From NCBI GenBank assembly GCA_007695365.1, contig REDV01000073.1, positions 15,004-79,003 on the forward strand: DNA of 64,000 bases. Reading direction: 5' to 3'. The stretch is from Cryomorphaceae bacterium. GTDB lineage: Bacteria > Bacteroidota > Bacteroidia > Flavobacteriales_D > SKUL01. A program made the translations under genes and the position numbers. Positions 9,144 through 19,085 of the stretch are shown here, piece after piece. Numbering within the stretch: position 1 is the stretch's first letter; every line of letters begins with the position of its first letter. The notes beneath the pieces were generated by a model. It was not told the DNA's origin, ran no database searches, and saw only the letters and a program-made list of their open reading frames with translations.

Positions 9144-9833
9144 TCATTGGGCTAAACCCAATCTCCCCGCCAGATAACGATGCAGTCTTAGAATATTTTT
9201 CTTTTGCTCCATTAGTTCAGCGCCTGTGGTATAAGCTGTTCGTATGGTGCGCAATGACGGAAATCGAAGGCGACCGTGAGCCATCGAAAACATCCAGGTT
9301 AAGTCGAGGTAATTGGCCATAATGTTGAGCTTTTCGTGTAACATAGCGTGTTTCATTTTGAAGCCAAAACGCTGAAGCGTGCTGCTGCTGAAAAAGTATG
9401 AGCTTCCGCGAATTTGAACTTCCCGTGGAATCTCGCCTGATTCAAGTTTTTCGATCAATCTGAGCAAACCAGAAGTGTAATAGTACAGCACCTTCCATTT
9501 GAACCTTGCTCCTTGAGGAGTGCCTCGCATCACAAAAAAATAGTCGAAAGTCGTACCGTTGTGCAGGTCGTGGCGGTTCATTGTGGGCATGTAAACCAGC
9601 AACATGGGCGATAGGTAAGAATACACGCCCAATAGGGTAAAGATGGGTGTAACAAGCCATTGCATCACCGGTACCAACAAAAAGAATAGCAAATAAGCCG
9701 GTGGCCAGTTGCTGGCCAGTACAATCCACAAAAGTGTAATTGCCAACATTGCCAGTGCCATGATGCAGGCAAAAAACCATTGCAATGCTGCGGGCAATTG
9801 GTAGTAGGCGTGTTGTGGGCGCTCCGGTTTCAT
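9144..9833 (-). CDS. Hypothetical integral membrane protein (N-terminal TM helices plus ~140-aa soluble C-terminal region)
   Basis: This is a long ORF with clear hydrophobic helices (WFFACIMALAMLAITLLWIVLA, YLLFFLLVPVMQWLV). I recognise no family motif. The start is ambiguous between 9881 and the Met17 codon at 9833, and 9833 avoids overlap with the divergent gene. Confidence 0.45.
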   Translation of the reverse strand: MKPERPQHAYYQLPAALQWFFACIMALAMLAITLLWIVLASNWPPAYLLFFLLVPVMQWLVTPIFTLLGVYSYLSPMLLVYMPTMNRHDLHNGTTFDYFFVMRGTPQGARFKWKVLYYYTSGLLRLIEKLESGEIPREVQIRGSSYFFSSSTLQRFGFKMKHAMLHEKLNIMANYLDLTWMFSMAHGRLRFPSLRTIRTAYTTGAELMEQKKNILRLHRYLAGRLGLAQ

Positions 9834-9879
9834 GTTGCAATACGCTGGTGGGTCGGTGAATATCGCGTATCTTTTCGGC

Positions 9880-10383
9880 ATGAGAAAATGGTGTGCTCGA
9901 TTGTTGTTGCCAGGAATGGTGCTGATTTTCGGTCAGGATATTTTCGCACAACATATACTGTTGCTCGAGAAAGAGAACTCCAGCAAGCGCATTCGCTTCA
10001 GGGTGGGCGATGATATCGCTTTTCGGCTGTATGGAGAGAGGACTGTTTTCAGGGGCAAGATAGAGCAACTTGCTGATCAGATTATGGTGGTCGAAGGGCA
10101 GGCTTTTGAGTTGGATAGTGTTTCAAAAGTATTGAATTACAAGCCTTTTGCGGCCACTCAAATGATATCTAAATCAGCCTTTTTGGCAATTCCCCCGATG
10201 TTGCTTTTTACCGTTTTGCACAGGGGCATTAACACCGGTGAGCAGCCCTTGGTAGATGAAAATTCATTGTACGTGATGGGTGTTTTTGCCGGCATCGGAA
10301 CTGTACTTTTTCCTTTCAAATCGAGAAAGTACCGCATGCATAAGAATTGGAATCTCCGGGTGTTGGATGTTACACCGGGCTGA
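9880..10383 (+). CDS. Hypothetical small membrane-anchored protein with signal peptide
   Basis: The ATG at 9880 gives MRKWCARLLLPGMVLIFGQDIFAQ, which is signal-like. Two C-terminal hydrophobic segments follow. I recognise no family. Confidence 0.45.
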   Translation: MRKWCARLLLPGMVLIFGQDIFAQHILLLEKENSSKRIRFRVGDDIAFRLYGERTVFRGKIEQLADQIMVVEGQAFELDSVSKVLNYKPFAATQMISKSAFLAIPPMLLFTVLHRGINTGEQPLVDENSLYVMGVFAGIGTVLFPFKSRKYRMHKNWNLRVLDVTPG

Positions 10384-10400
10384 GGGTGTCATCCGTCTAT

Positions 10401-12809
10401 TTAATATCGTGCACCCACAACAAATGCTTTGGAAGACCTGGTATGTTGGCTTTCGGCAATAAGAACATAGGTGCCGGATGACAAACCTCGCGTAAGGAAC
10501 TGTGCGGTTGCGAACATGCTGATATTTACTTCTTCCATAGGAAGGACAAACCGCCCCGTCACATCCGCTATGCCCATTTTGAGATTCCCGCCAGGGTACT
10601 CATCCAATGACACGTTGATCACATCTGTTGCAGGAACGGGCCAAATGCTCATCTGGATTTGAGTAGATCCGGCGAAGTATGTATTGGCAAGCATATCCAG
10701 AGAGTCGCAAACTCCGAGTGGATAGTAGGCTGGCTGGATGTCTAAAAAATTAACTAGTTGCAGCAGAGAGGCGCAGGGTCTTTCATCCACAAAATGTCTG
10801 AGCTTATCCATTTCCTGCAGCCAGACTTGCTGCGAAGCAGGGAATTGCCAGCGTTTTACATGCTCATCCATCACCGGGCCAATGAGACCTGCAATGCTGT
10901 CAATCATTGGATGAACAACTTCCGGCTGAAAGTCATTCAGTACGCGTTGGATAAAGCGCTGGTAAAAAGCCTCCTTAAAGACGTTGTTTTGAAGCAGCTT
11001 TTTAAACAAACGGATGCTTAATTCAGAGTGATGCCAGTACAGATTACTCTCCTGTGTGGCGTGTACAAAGGCATTAAAATGTGGTTCGCGCATGGCCCTG
11101 TCGTTGTCGCGAAAGGCCCAGCGAAAAAGGTTGTCATCTGCGGTATTGTTCCAAACGCGTATGTTGTTTCCCGGCCAATCTGTAACTGCCGTATAGATCC
11201 GCATAGTGACATAATCCAGATAGTTGTCGAGGTCAATTTTGTCGATAATGTACTGGTAGTGTTCAGGATAAGCGGGGTTGTGGTCTGCCACGTAGTCCAT
11301 CAGGTTTAAAAAAGCAGTATTGGAGCCGTGAACCTGTGCATACCAGTTGTCCACTATTGTGAGGTCATCGGGATCAACGCTCTCCACAGCTTCAAAATAA
11401 TTTTCGTCCATGTAGTCGCGCATGTTCATGATGCCCCAAAATTCACCGTTGACGAAAAGCACGGAAGGCCTGTATTCCTGGCGGGCAATGTTGCAGTTTT
11501 CAATCATCAGTGCAGATAGTGCATCGGTGCAGTAGGTGGTGTTGAAATCATTGCCGCTGTTGCGAAGAATAATTCTGCGGTAGTGCGAAACCGGGCGCCA
11601 GGGAAAAAAATCGTAGTCCAGTTCGTTGTTACCGTAGAGATTTCTTGCGTACAGTCGAAATGACTTGATGGGAAATTGTCTGCTCCCTCCTCCGTGAATG
11701 CGAAGTCCCACTTGTTGCTCCATCCCAACCGAACCATCGGGTTCAAGCAGGGTGACATGGGCGGGGCGCTCCCAGTCCATTCCGCTGTTGTTGTAGTTTC
11801 CGTAACCCCATTCTATGGGAAGGTCCGGGTTTTCGTCGTGTGTAATGCCCGGAACCAACAGCCCTGTTTCGTAGTCGAAAAGGTGCATAGAGTCTGTAGC
11901 AATCGAAATGACAGGCAGGTTGGGGTATCGCTCAAGTATGCTATCGTTCACGAAATAACTCTTCGCGTACACCACCGATTTGGGTTCGCTGCCCGAGAAA
12001 ACCCTCGCTTTTAGAACTGTGCCTTTGAACACTTGCCCAATGGGAGGTTGCCAGCCAAGACTGACATATGTTTCAGGAGTGTTGGTTGGTATGGTGGATA
12101 TACTGTTGGGCTCAGATGTACGGTCGTCAATGAGCATGAAACCCGGCCAAACGGGGTCTTCTGGGGTGGGGTCGCTACCGTTTAGAGTGTAGTGAATATT
12201 GTGGTTGCCGTCCAGGTTGTTGAGATGAAGTTCAAAAGGTGCCGGATACAGGCCTGAAGGGTGGCTAAAACTGATTTCATCACTTAAATCAGGGGCGAGC
12301 TCTCCCGATAAATTTGAAAAGCCCGGGGTAGAAACGCCAAACATCACAAGGTTTTCATCGCCGTCGGGAAGCCGTCCAACGCTCTGATCGGTAATCATTT
12401 CGTACGGGGGTAGAATGTCAATAACGACCCCTTCTGCATTGCTGAGAATCAATAGCTCTCCGGAAATATTGACACCGAAATTTGTGTGAAGTTCAGTTTC
12501 TTGTCTGTCTTTACCTGAAGCGAAAATCAGCAAAAACTCACCCGGCGCGAGTAAACGTTCAGGAAAAATCCACTTATCAAGCTCTTCAATATCATCGGAC
12601 ACCCGGAATCCGTCAAGGTTCACGGTGTCCTGACCATCGTTGTACAGCTCAAACCAATCCTCATAGTCGCCATCCATATCTGCAATGGTCGTGGCATTGG
12701 AGGACATCATTTCATTGATTACAATGCTTTGAGCCTGTGCTGATGGAGCGAAAGCTAAAGTCAAAGAGATGATAAACAGACAAAAAGATATACTCTTCGG
12801 AGTGTACAT
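10401..12809 (-). CDS. Secreted CotH-family protein with N-terminal LTD and T9SS C-terminal sorting domain (paralogue 2)
   Basis: The signal peptide is MYTPKSISFCLFIISLTLAFAPSAQAQ. It has the same blocks as paralogue 1: NEMMSSNA, FASGKDR, ELHTNF, DWERPAH, RLYARN, NGEFWGIMN and DWPGNN. The C-terminal WPVPATDVINV...YVLIAE looks like a T9SS tail. Confidence 0.8.
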   Translation of the reverse strand: MYTPKSISFCLFIISLTLAFAPSAQAQSIVINEMMSSNATTIADMDGDYEDWFELYNDGQDTVNLDGFRVSDDIEELDKWIFPERLLAPGEFLLIFASGKDRQETELHTNFGVNISGELLILSNAEGVVIDILPPYEMITDQSVGRLPDGDENLVMFGVSTPGFSNLSGELAPDLSDEISFSHPSGLYPAPFELHLNNLDGNHNIHYTLNGSDPTPEDPVWPGFMLIDDRTSEPNSISTIPTNTPETYVSLGWQPPIGQVFKGTVLKARVFSGSEPKSVVYAKSYFVNDSILERYPNLPVISIATDSMHLFDYETGLLVPGITHDENPDLPIEWGYGNYNNSGMDWERPAHVTLLEPDGSVGMEQQVGLRIHGGGSRQFPIKSFRLYARNLYGNNELDYDFFPWRPVSHYRRIILRNSGNDFNTTYCTDALSALMIENCNIARQEYRPSVLFVNGEFWGIMNMRDYMDENYFEAVESVDPDDLTIVDNWYAQVHGSNTAFLNLMDYVADHNPAYPEHYQYIIDKIDLDNYLDYVTMRIYTAVTDWPGNNIRVWNNTADDNLFRWAFRDNDRAMREPHFNAFVHATQESNLYWHHSELSIRLFKKLLQNNVFKEAFYQRFIQRVLNDFQPEVVHPMIDSIAGLIGPVMDEHVKRWQFPASQQVWLQEMDKLRHFVDERPCASLLQLVNFLDIQPAYYPLGVCDSLDMLANTYFAGSTQIQMSIWPVPATDVINVSLDEYPGGNLKMGIADVTGRFVLPMEEVNISMFATAQFLTRGLSSGTYVLIAESQHTRSSKAFVVGARY

Positions 12810-12819
12810 TGGCTTGTGC

Positions 12820-12827
12820 CAAATTTA
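12820..12827 (-). promoter_or_regulatory. Candidate -7 promoter box TAAATTTG for CotH paralogue 2
   Basis: This is an exact TAnnTTTG match on the minus strand, 10 nt upstream of the ATG at 12809. No good TTG -33 element is present. Confidence 0.3.
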
Positions 12828-12944
12828 CGGAGAAATGAAATGGCATAAAGATGCGTTCAACGGTGCTCGTTTTGGAAATCTTAAGCAACGTGAGGATGGC
12901 TCAGCACAATACTTTAGTACCTTGCCGCAATCAGAGATTATTTC

Positions 12945-13949
12945 ATGCCGAACCAACTCAACAAGAAAAAGAACCTGAGAATACAAGCCTTTGCCGTGGC
13001 TGTAGGTTTTGGGTTGTTGGTGGTGAAATTCTCGGCGTGGCTGATTACCGGCTCCAATGCAATCCTTTCGGACGCGTTGGAGTCTGTGATTAATGTGCTT
13101 GCCGGACTGGTTGCGTTGTTCAGTATCTACTATGCATCGCGGCCCCGCGACAGCGACCATCTGTACGGCCACGGCAAAATGGAGTTTATTTCGTCTGGAT
13201 TTGAAGGAACGCTTATCCTGGTGGCAGGACTGATTATCATCGGAAAAGCGGTGTATAATTTCGTTTTTCCGCATGAAATTGAGGCCCTCGGCACCGGCAT
13301 TTTGCTTACTGCGGCGGCCGGTCTTGTGAATTTTTTATTGGCCTGGATGCTGATACGCCAGGGGCGTGCCGGGCATTCGCCGGCTATGGAAGCGGATGGC
13401 AAGCATTTGCTCAGCGATGGTTTCAGCACGCTGGGTATGCTCATCGGTTTGTTGCTAATATGGTTTACAGGAAAGCTCTGGATTGACAATATCGTGGCGC
13501 TGATGTTCGGTTTGCTGTTATTGCGAATGGGCTACAAAGTATTGCGCTCTGCTTTGGCCGGTATTCTGGATGAAACAGACCGCGAGCTTGTTGAGGGGTT
13601 TATGAAGGTGCTTCGGCAACACCGAAAAGACGACTGGATAGATATACACAACTTTCGAATCATCAAGTTTGGTGGTCAGCTTCATGTGGATTGCCACCTC
13701 ACCTTGCCGTGGTATTATAGTATTGAGGAAGGCCACCGCGTAGTGGACGAAATAGAACAGCTTGTGAATAGCGAGATGAACAGGCAGGTTGAGCTTTTTA
13801 TCCATGTAGACCCCTGCCTTGAGAGCTCATGTGCCATTTGCGCAAAGGCAGATTGTGAAGTGCGCAGGCATCCGATCGTAAAGCGTATGGATTGGACGAC
13901 CGATGAGGTGTTAAAAAACAGCCGCCACGGCTCTCCCGACAACAAATAA
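12945..13949 (+). CDS. Cation diffusion facilitator (CDF) family divalent metal efflux transporter
   Basis: It has six TM helices. Metal-site motifs LSDALESVINV (TM2) and HLLSDGFST (TM5) are present, along with a cytoplasmic C-terminal domain. A His/Cys-rich tail (CLESSCAICAKADC) follows. Confidence 0.85.
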   Translation: MPNQLNKKKNLRIQAFAVAVGFGLLVVKFSAWLITGSNAILSDALESVINVLAGLVALFSIYYASRPRDSDHLYGHGKMEFISSGFEGTLILVAGLIIIGKAVYNFVFPHEIEALGTGILLTAAAGLVNFLLAWMLIRQGRAGHSPAMEADGKHLLSDGFSTLGMLIGLLLIWFTGKLWIDNIVALMFGLLLLRMGYKVLRSALAGILDETDRELVEGFMKVLRQHRKDDWIDIHNFRIIKFGGQLHVDCHLTLPWYYSIEEGHRVVDEIEQLVNSEMNRQVELFIHVDPCLESSCAICAKADCEVRRHPIVKRMDWTTDEVLKNSRHGSPDNK

Positions 13950-13952
13950 AAA

Positions 13953-13980
13953 GGGCTGCCCGGAATGAGCAGCCCCTTTC
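13953..13980. terminator. Bidirectional intrinsic terminator between the CDF gene (+) and groEL (-)
   Basis: The stem GGGCTGC (13953-13959) pairs with GCAGCCC (13969-13975). It is flanked by AAAA and CTTT. Confidence 0.55.
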
Positions 13981-14002
13981 AGATGGTATGGGTGCGATTC
14001 GA

Positions 14003-15643
<1,641 letters not shown>

Positions 15644-15677
15644 TTAATTGATTTAACTTGTGTGGATTGGGTTCAGA

Positions 15678-15959
15678 TTAGTTTTCGATGATGCCGAAAA
15701 TGTCCGATTCACGCATAATCAGGTAACTCTTTCCGTTGAGCTTGATTTCGGTTCCGGCGTATTGGCCGTACATTACCGTATCGCCTTCTTTTACAGTCAT
15801 GGGCTCGTCGGGCTTGCCTTTTCCGGCGGCGATAACAGTACCGCGCTGTGGCTTTTCCTTGGCCGTGTCGGGAATAATAATTCCGCTGGCTGTTTTCTCC
15901 TCAGCCGGAGCAGGTTCTACCAACACTCTGTCGGCTAATGGCTTAACGTTTACTGACAT
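15678..15959 (-). CDS. groES: Co-chaperonin GroES (Cpn10)
   Basis: The 93-aa protein has KPLADRVLV...[18 protein letters not shown] and lies directly upstream of groEL. Confidence 0.97.
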   Translation of the reverse strand: MSVNVKPLADRVLVEPAPAEEKTASGIIIPDTAKEKPQRGTVIAAGKGKPDEPMTVKEGDTVMYGQYAGTEIKLNGKSYLIMRESDIFGIIEN

Positions 15960-16023
15960 GGTTTTTTCGTTTTATTGAGGTTAAACATTGTTGTTTAAAA
16001 TGTCATCGCGCGAGAGTCACATT

Positions 16024-16041
16024 TTGTGCCAATGGGCACAA
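16024..16041. promoter_or_regulatory. Inverted repeat TTGTGCC-N4-GGCACAA upstream of groES (candidate operator)
   Basis: It has perfect 7-bp arms and lies 65-82 nt upstream of the groES ATG. It is not a CIRCE element. Confidence 0.25.
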
Positions 16042-16080
16042 TCTGCAAATTGGTCAGTTGTGGTGTGACGAAGGGGCATA

Positions 16081-16116
16081 AAAAGCAAAATGCCCGTCGT
16101 ATTGGACGGGCATTTT
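16081..16116 (-). terminator. Intrinsic terminator of secG
   Basis: The 12-bp stem AAAATGCCCGTC / GACGGGCATTTT has a 6-nt loop. On the minus strand it is followed by GCTTTTT. Confidence 0.65.
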
Positions 16117-16143
16117 GTCAGTTTTTTCAGATTTCGCTACCTG

Positions 16144-16428
16144 CTATTCTTCAGGGGCGGGTTGTTGGGTGGGCACCGGCTCGTCAATAAACTGACGGCT
16201 GCTTGCACTGTCTTGCACGGCAGCTGCCGCAAGGCTCAACACTACCAGCGCAATGGCCAGGCCCCACGTTGCTTTCTCGAGAAAGTCGGCTGTTTTGCGC
16301 ACACCACCAATTTGATTGGCGCTTCCGAATTCAGATGATAGGCCACCACCCTTTGGGTTTTGAACCAAAATCACCAATACGAGGAACACACACACAAGGA
16401 TGATCAAGACTCCGATAAATACCGACAT
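16144..16428 (-). CDS. secG: Preprotein translocase subunit SecG
   Basis: The 94-aa protein has two TM helices and the motif VLVILVQNPKGGGLSSEFG. Confidence 0.85.
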   Translation of the reverse strand: MSVFIGVLIILVCVFLVLVILVQNPKGGGLSSEFGSANQIGGVRKTADFLEKATWGLAIALVVLSLAAAAVQDSASSRQFIDEPVPTQQPAPEE

Positions 16429-16431
16429 GGT

Positions 16432-17346
16432 TTACTTTTTTGGTTTGGACTCGTCCAGTTTTGCAATAAGGCCGGCAAAGTAAACACTTTTTTCGGGAAA
16501 TTTCAATGCCAGTTGTTCGTATGCTTTTTTTGCCCGGGCAAGGTCTCCTTGCTTTGCGTAAATGTTTGCCAGCGTTTCAGATACAATGTCGCTGTCGTCG
16601 GCCAAACTCATTTTACCCATGTTCACAGGCGAAAAGAAGGAGGCCTGTTTTCGCTCAATTCTGGGCTCGTTTTGAATAAAGCGGTCTATCAGGCTTGAGG
16701 TGTCAGCTTCACTTTCAGGTGGAGTAGTGGACGTTGATGCACCGCCCCCCGAAATAAAATCAAGAAACGAAGTTGGCTTTTTTGAGGCTGGCGGAGCAAC
16801 CACAGCTGGTGGTTCAGGCTCAACTTGAATGGCCGATTCCAATTCGCGCTGATAGGCCAGGGCCGCCACTTCTTTGAGCACCTCTTTTTCGAGGTTGGTG
16901 GCATCCAGGGTTTCTTCGGGTTGAGGGTCTTCAATTTGTTCAGGGGCTGATTGGGCCACTTCAGGTTTTTCTGGAGTAGCGGCCAGAGTTTCTCCCTGTA
17001 ATTCTTCACTCACCTGAGGAGTTAATGGCTCCGCTTCGGTAATGTTGATTTCCTCAGAAATTGTGGGTGTTTCAAGCGTAGCCTGCTCAATGTGCGCAAT
17101 GGTTTCGCGAAGAGCCGTTTGCATAATGAGCCGATAGAGCACTTTTCGGTCTGATGCGTACACCGCCGTGCGCTTCAATTGTTGGCTAAACGCCGGGTCA
17201 TCTGCTGTTTTGAGAGCCTTGGCATAAAGCAATTGAAAGGACTGGCACCAGGGATAGGTTTCCATCAAGTGCCTCATCGGCTCGGTGTGTTCCCCGCGCA
17301 CTTTGCCGGGTTGGGCAATCAATTCATTTATTTCAGTAGTGTTCAT
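16432..17346 (-). CDS. Conserved hypothetical protein with acidic/Pro-rich middle and TPR-like C-terminus
   Basis: The C-terminal ETLANIYAKQGDLARAKKAYEQLALKFPEKSVYFAGLI looks like a single TPR-type helix pair. The gene is tightly packed between the LptE-like gene and secG. Confidence 0.6.
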   Translation of the reverse strand: MNTTEINELIAQPGKVRGEHTEPMRHLMETYPWCQSFQLLYAKALKTADDPAFSQQLKRTAVYASDRKVLYRLIMQTALRETIAHIEQATLETPTISEEINITEAEPLTPQVSEELQGETLAATPEKPEVAQSAPEQIEDPQPEETLDATNLEKEVLKEVAALAYQRELESAIQVEPEPPAVVAPPASKKPTSFLDFISGGGASTSTTPPESEADTSSLIDRFIQNEPRIERKQASFFSPVNMGKMSLADDSDIVSETLANIYAKQGDLARAKKAYEQLALKFPEKSVYFAGLIAKLDESKPKK

Positions 17347-17858
17347 TACCAGCTTCCGAGTGATGCGTCAAAGATATCTTGTGTGAGCTGAAAATTGATT
17401 TCCTCAATAAGGGCGGCTTCTACATCCTGCAAATCCTGTGTGGTGGGGAAATCCGCAAATCGGCTAAAAGTGCGGTCAAAGTTTTTCTCCTCCTCAAAGG
17501 TGTTCACATAAGATACCTTGATAGTGATGGTGAGACGGTTGATTTCGGCAAATTCGTCTGCGGCAATTGCAGCAGGTGCCACATTGTAGCCTGTTACCGA
17601 ACCTTCAAACTGCAGGTCTCCTTCGGAAACCACCAAATCCAACCGGCTTTGGCCTAGGATGAGCTCTTTCAGTTCCTCCGTAATGGTAAGTCCGTAAGTG
17701 GGGTCGGCAAGCGGTGCTATAACTGTAAAGGTTTCTACCGAAAAGGTCTTCGCATCGGCAGGTATATCAGCTCCTGTAAAGGAATAATTTACTTTGCAGT
17801 CAGAGAAAAATCCCGCGGCAAAAAGCATCATTAAAATAAGGAGTCGCGGTTGTTGCAT
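17346..17858 (-). CDS. LptE-like outer membrane lipoprotein (tentative)
   Basis: The lipoprotein signal is MQQPRLLILMMLFAAGFFSDC. Size and position (between the sigma-54 activator and secG) match the LptE-family gene usual at this locus in Bacteroidota. No strong motif is visible. Confidence 0.5.
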   Translation of the reverse strand: MQQPRLLILMMLFAAGFFSDCKVNYSFTGADIPADAKTFSVETFTVIAPLADPTYGLTITEELKELILGQSRLDLVVSEGDLQFEGSVTGYNVAPAAIAADEFAEINRLTITIKVSYVNTFEEEKNFDRTFSRFADFPTTQDLQDVEAALIEEINFQLTQDIFDASLGSW

Positions 17859-17864
17859 AGTGCC

Positions 17865-19085
17865 TTAGTTAAGGTCGTACTCTTTGATTTTTCGGTAGAG
17901 GGTGCGCTCGCTGATTCCCAACTCCCGTGCTGCGTCTTTTCGCTTGTTGTTGTGTTTCTTTAGTGCTTTTTTAATCAGTTCGCGCTCGGTGGCTTCCAGA
18001 GAAAGTGATTCTTCAATTTCGATGGGTTCAGGGTAGCGATCAAAAGTGTTTTCATGTTCCCGACTTACTTCGGTTTGGGCGGGCTCCAGCGATTTCCATC
18101 CGTCTTCTGATTGGTAGAGCTTCTTGATCAGCGCCATGTCTTCCTTGTCGGGCTGTCCACCTTCCTGCATAATGCCAAGCACCAGTTTCTTCAAATCGTG
18201 CAAATCCGATTTCATATCGAAGAGCACTTTGTAAAGAATCTCTCTTTCGCTGAAATCAGCCCCCGACTTTTCGCTGTTCACCACCGCAGGCAGGAGTGAG
18301 GCTTGCGAATCGGGCAAGTAGCGAAGTAGCATTTCGGGTGTTACCGTGCGCTCTTCCTCAATCACTGAAATCTGTTCGGTGATATTCTTGAGCTGACGAA
18401 TGTTTCCGGGCCATGGGTAATTTTCCAGAAGTGATACAGCATCCTGGCTCAATTGAATGCCGGGCATTTTGTATTTGTCGGCAAAATCGGACGCAAACTT
18501 TCTGAATATTAGATGTATATCCTCCTTTCGCTGACGCAGAGACGGCAGGTGAATGGGTACCGTGTTCAGTCGGTAGTACAGGTCTTCACGAAAGCGCCCT
18601 TTTCGAATGGCTTCGAGCACATTTACATTGGTTGCAGCCGTTACGCGGACATCCGTTTTAATCACCTTCGAGCTTCCAACCTTCATGAATTCACCCGTTT
18701 CGAGCACACGCAAGAGGCGCACCTGGGTTTGAAGCGGCAGTTCGGCCACTTCATCCAAAAATATGGTGCCTCCGTTGGCCACTTCAAAGTACCCCTTGCG
18801 GGAGTCGTGTGCCCCGGTGAAAGAGCCTTTTTCGTGTCCAAAAAGCTCGCTGTCAATAGTTCCCTCAGGGATGGCGCCGCAGTTTACCGCAATGTACTCT
18901 TTGTGTTTTCTGGCGCTCAGGTGGTGAATGATTTGCGGCATGACCTCTTTTCCGGTTCCGCTTTCACCTGTGATAAGCACGGCGAGATCAGTAGGGGCTA
19001 CCTGCATGGCTACCTCAATGGCCCGGTTCAGTTGTGGGCTGTTGCCGATAATTCCGAATCGTTGTTTGATTTGCTGAATGTTCAT
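17865..19085 (-). CDS. Sigma-54-dependent transcriptional activator (AAA+ plus Fis-type HTH) lacking any N-terminal sensory/receiver domain
   Basis: It has Walker [10 protein letters not shown], a GAFTGA-loop variant GSFTGA, Walker B IFLDEV and the C-terminal [19 protein letters not shown]. The start is set at the ATG at 19085 ([19 protein letters not shown]), which forms an ATGA overlap with the miaB stop. Confidence 0.85.
   Translation of the reverse strand: MNIQQIKQRFGIIGNSPQLNRAIEVAMQVAPTDLAVLITGESGTGKEVMPQIIHHLSARKHKEYIAVNCGAIPEGTIDSELFGHEKGSFTGAHDSRKGYFEVANGGTIFLDEVAELPLQTQVRLLRVLETGEFMKVGSSKVIKTDVRVTAATNVNVLEAIRKGRFREDLYYRLNTVPIHLPSLRQRKEDIHLIFRKFASDFADKYKMPGIQLSQDAVSLLENYPWPGNIRQLKNITEQISVIEEERTVTPEMLLRYLPDSQASLLPAVVNSEKSGADFSEREILYKVLFDMKSDLHDLKKLVLGIMQEGGQPDKEDMALIKKLYQSEDGWKSLEPAQTEVSREHENTFDRYPEPIEIEESLSLEATERELIKKALKKHNNKRKDAARELGISERTLYRKIKEYDLN

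Noticed and set aside
9442-10068. 208-aa minus-strand ORF spanning the divergent start region of the two membrane-protein genes.
   Set aside because: It overlaps both better-supported ORFs, which have clear TM helices and a signal peptide. It has no membrane or domain features of its own.
12810-12944. Possible metal-sensing riboswitch (NiCo or yybP-ykoY type) upstream of the CDF transporter.
   Set aside because: I found no extended helices or conserved core sequences in the 135-nt spacer. Part of it is needed for the divergent CotH-2 promoter.
16033-16047. Sigma-54 promoter-like TGGCAC inside the groES-upstream palindrome. A second TGGCAC lies at 12816-12821 upstream of CotH-2.
   Set aside because: On the gene-proximal strand the -12 element is missing at the required spacing (TGGCAC-AAAAT-GTGA and TGGCAC-AAGCC-AATG instead of TGGCAC-N5-TTGC). 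The plus-strand GG...GC pair at 16035/16045 has 8-nt rather than 10-nt spacing and faces no gene.
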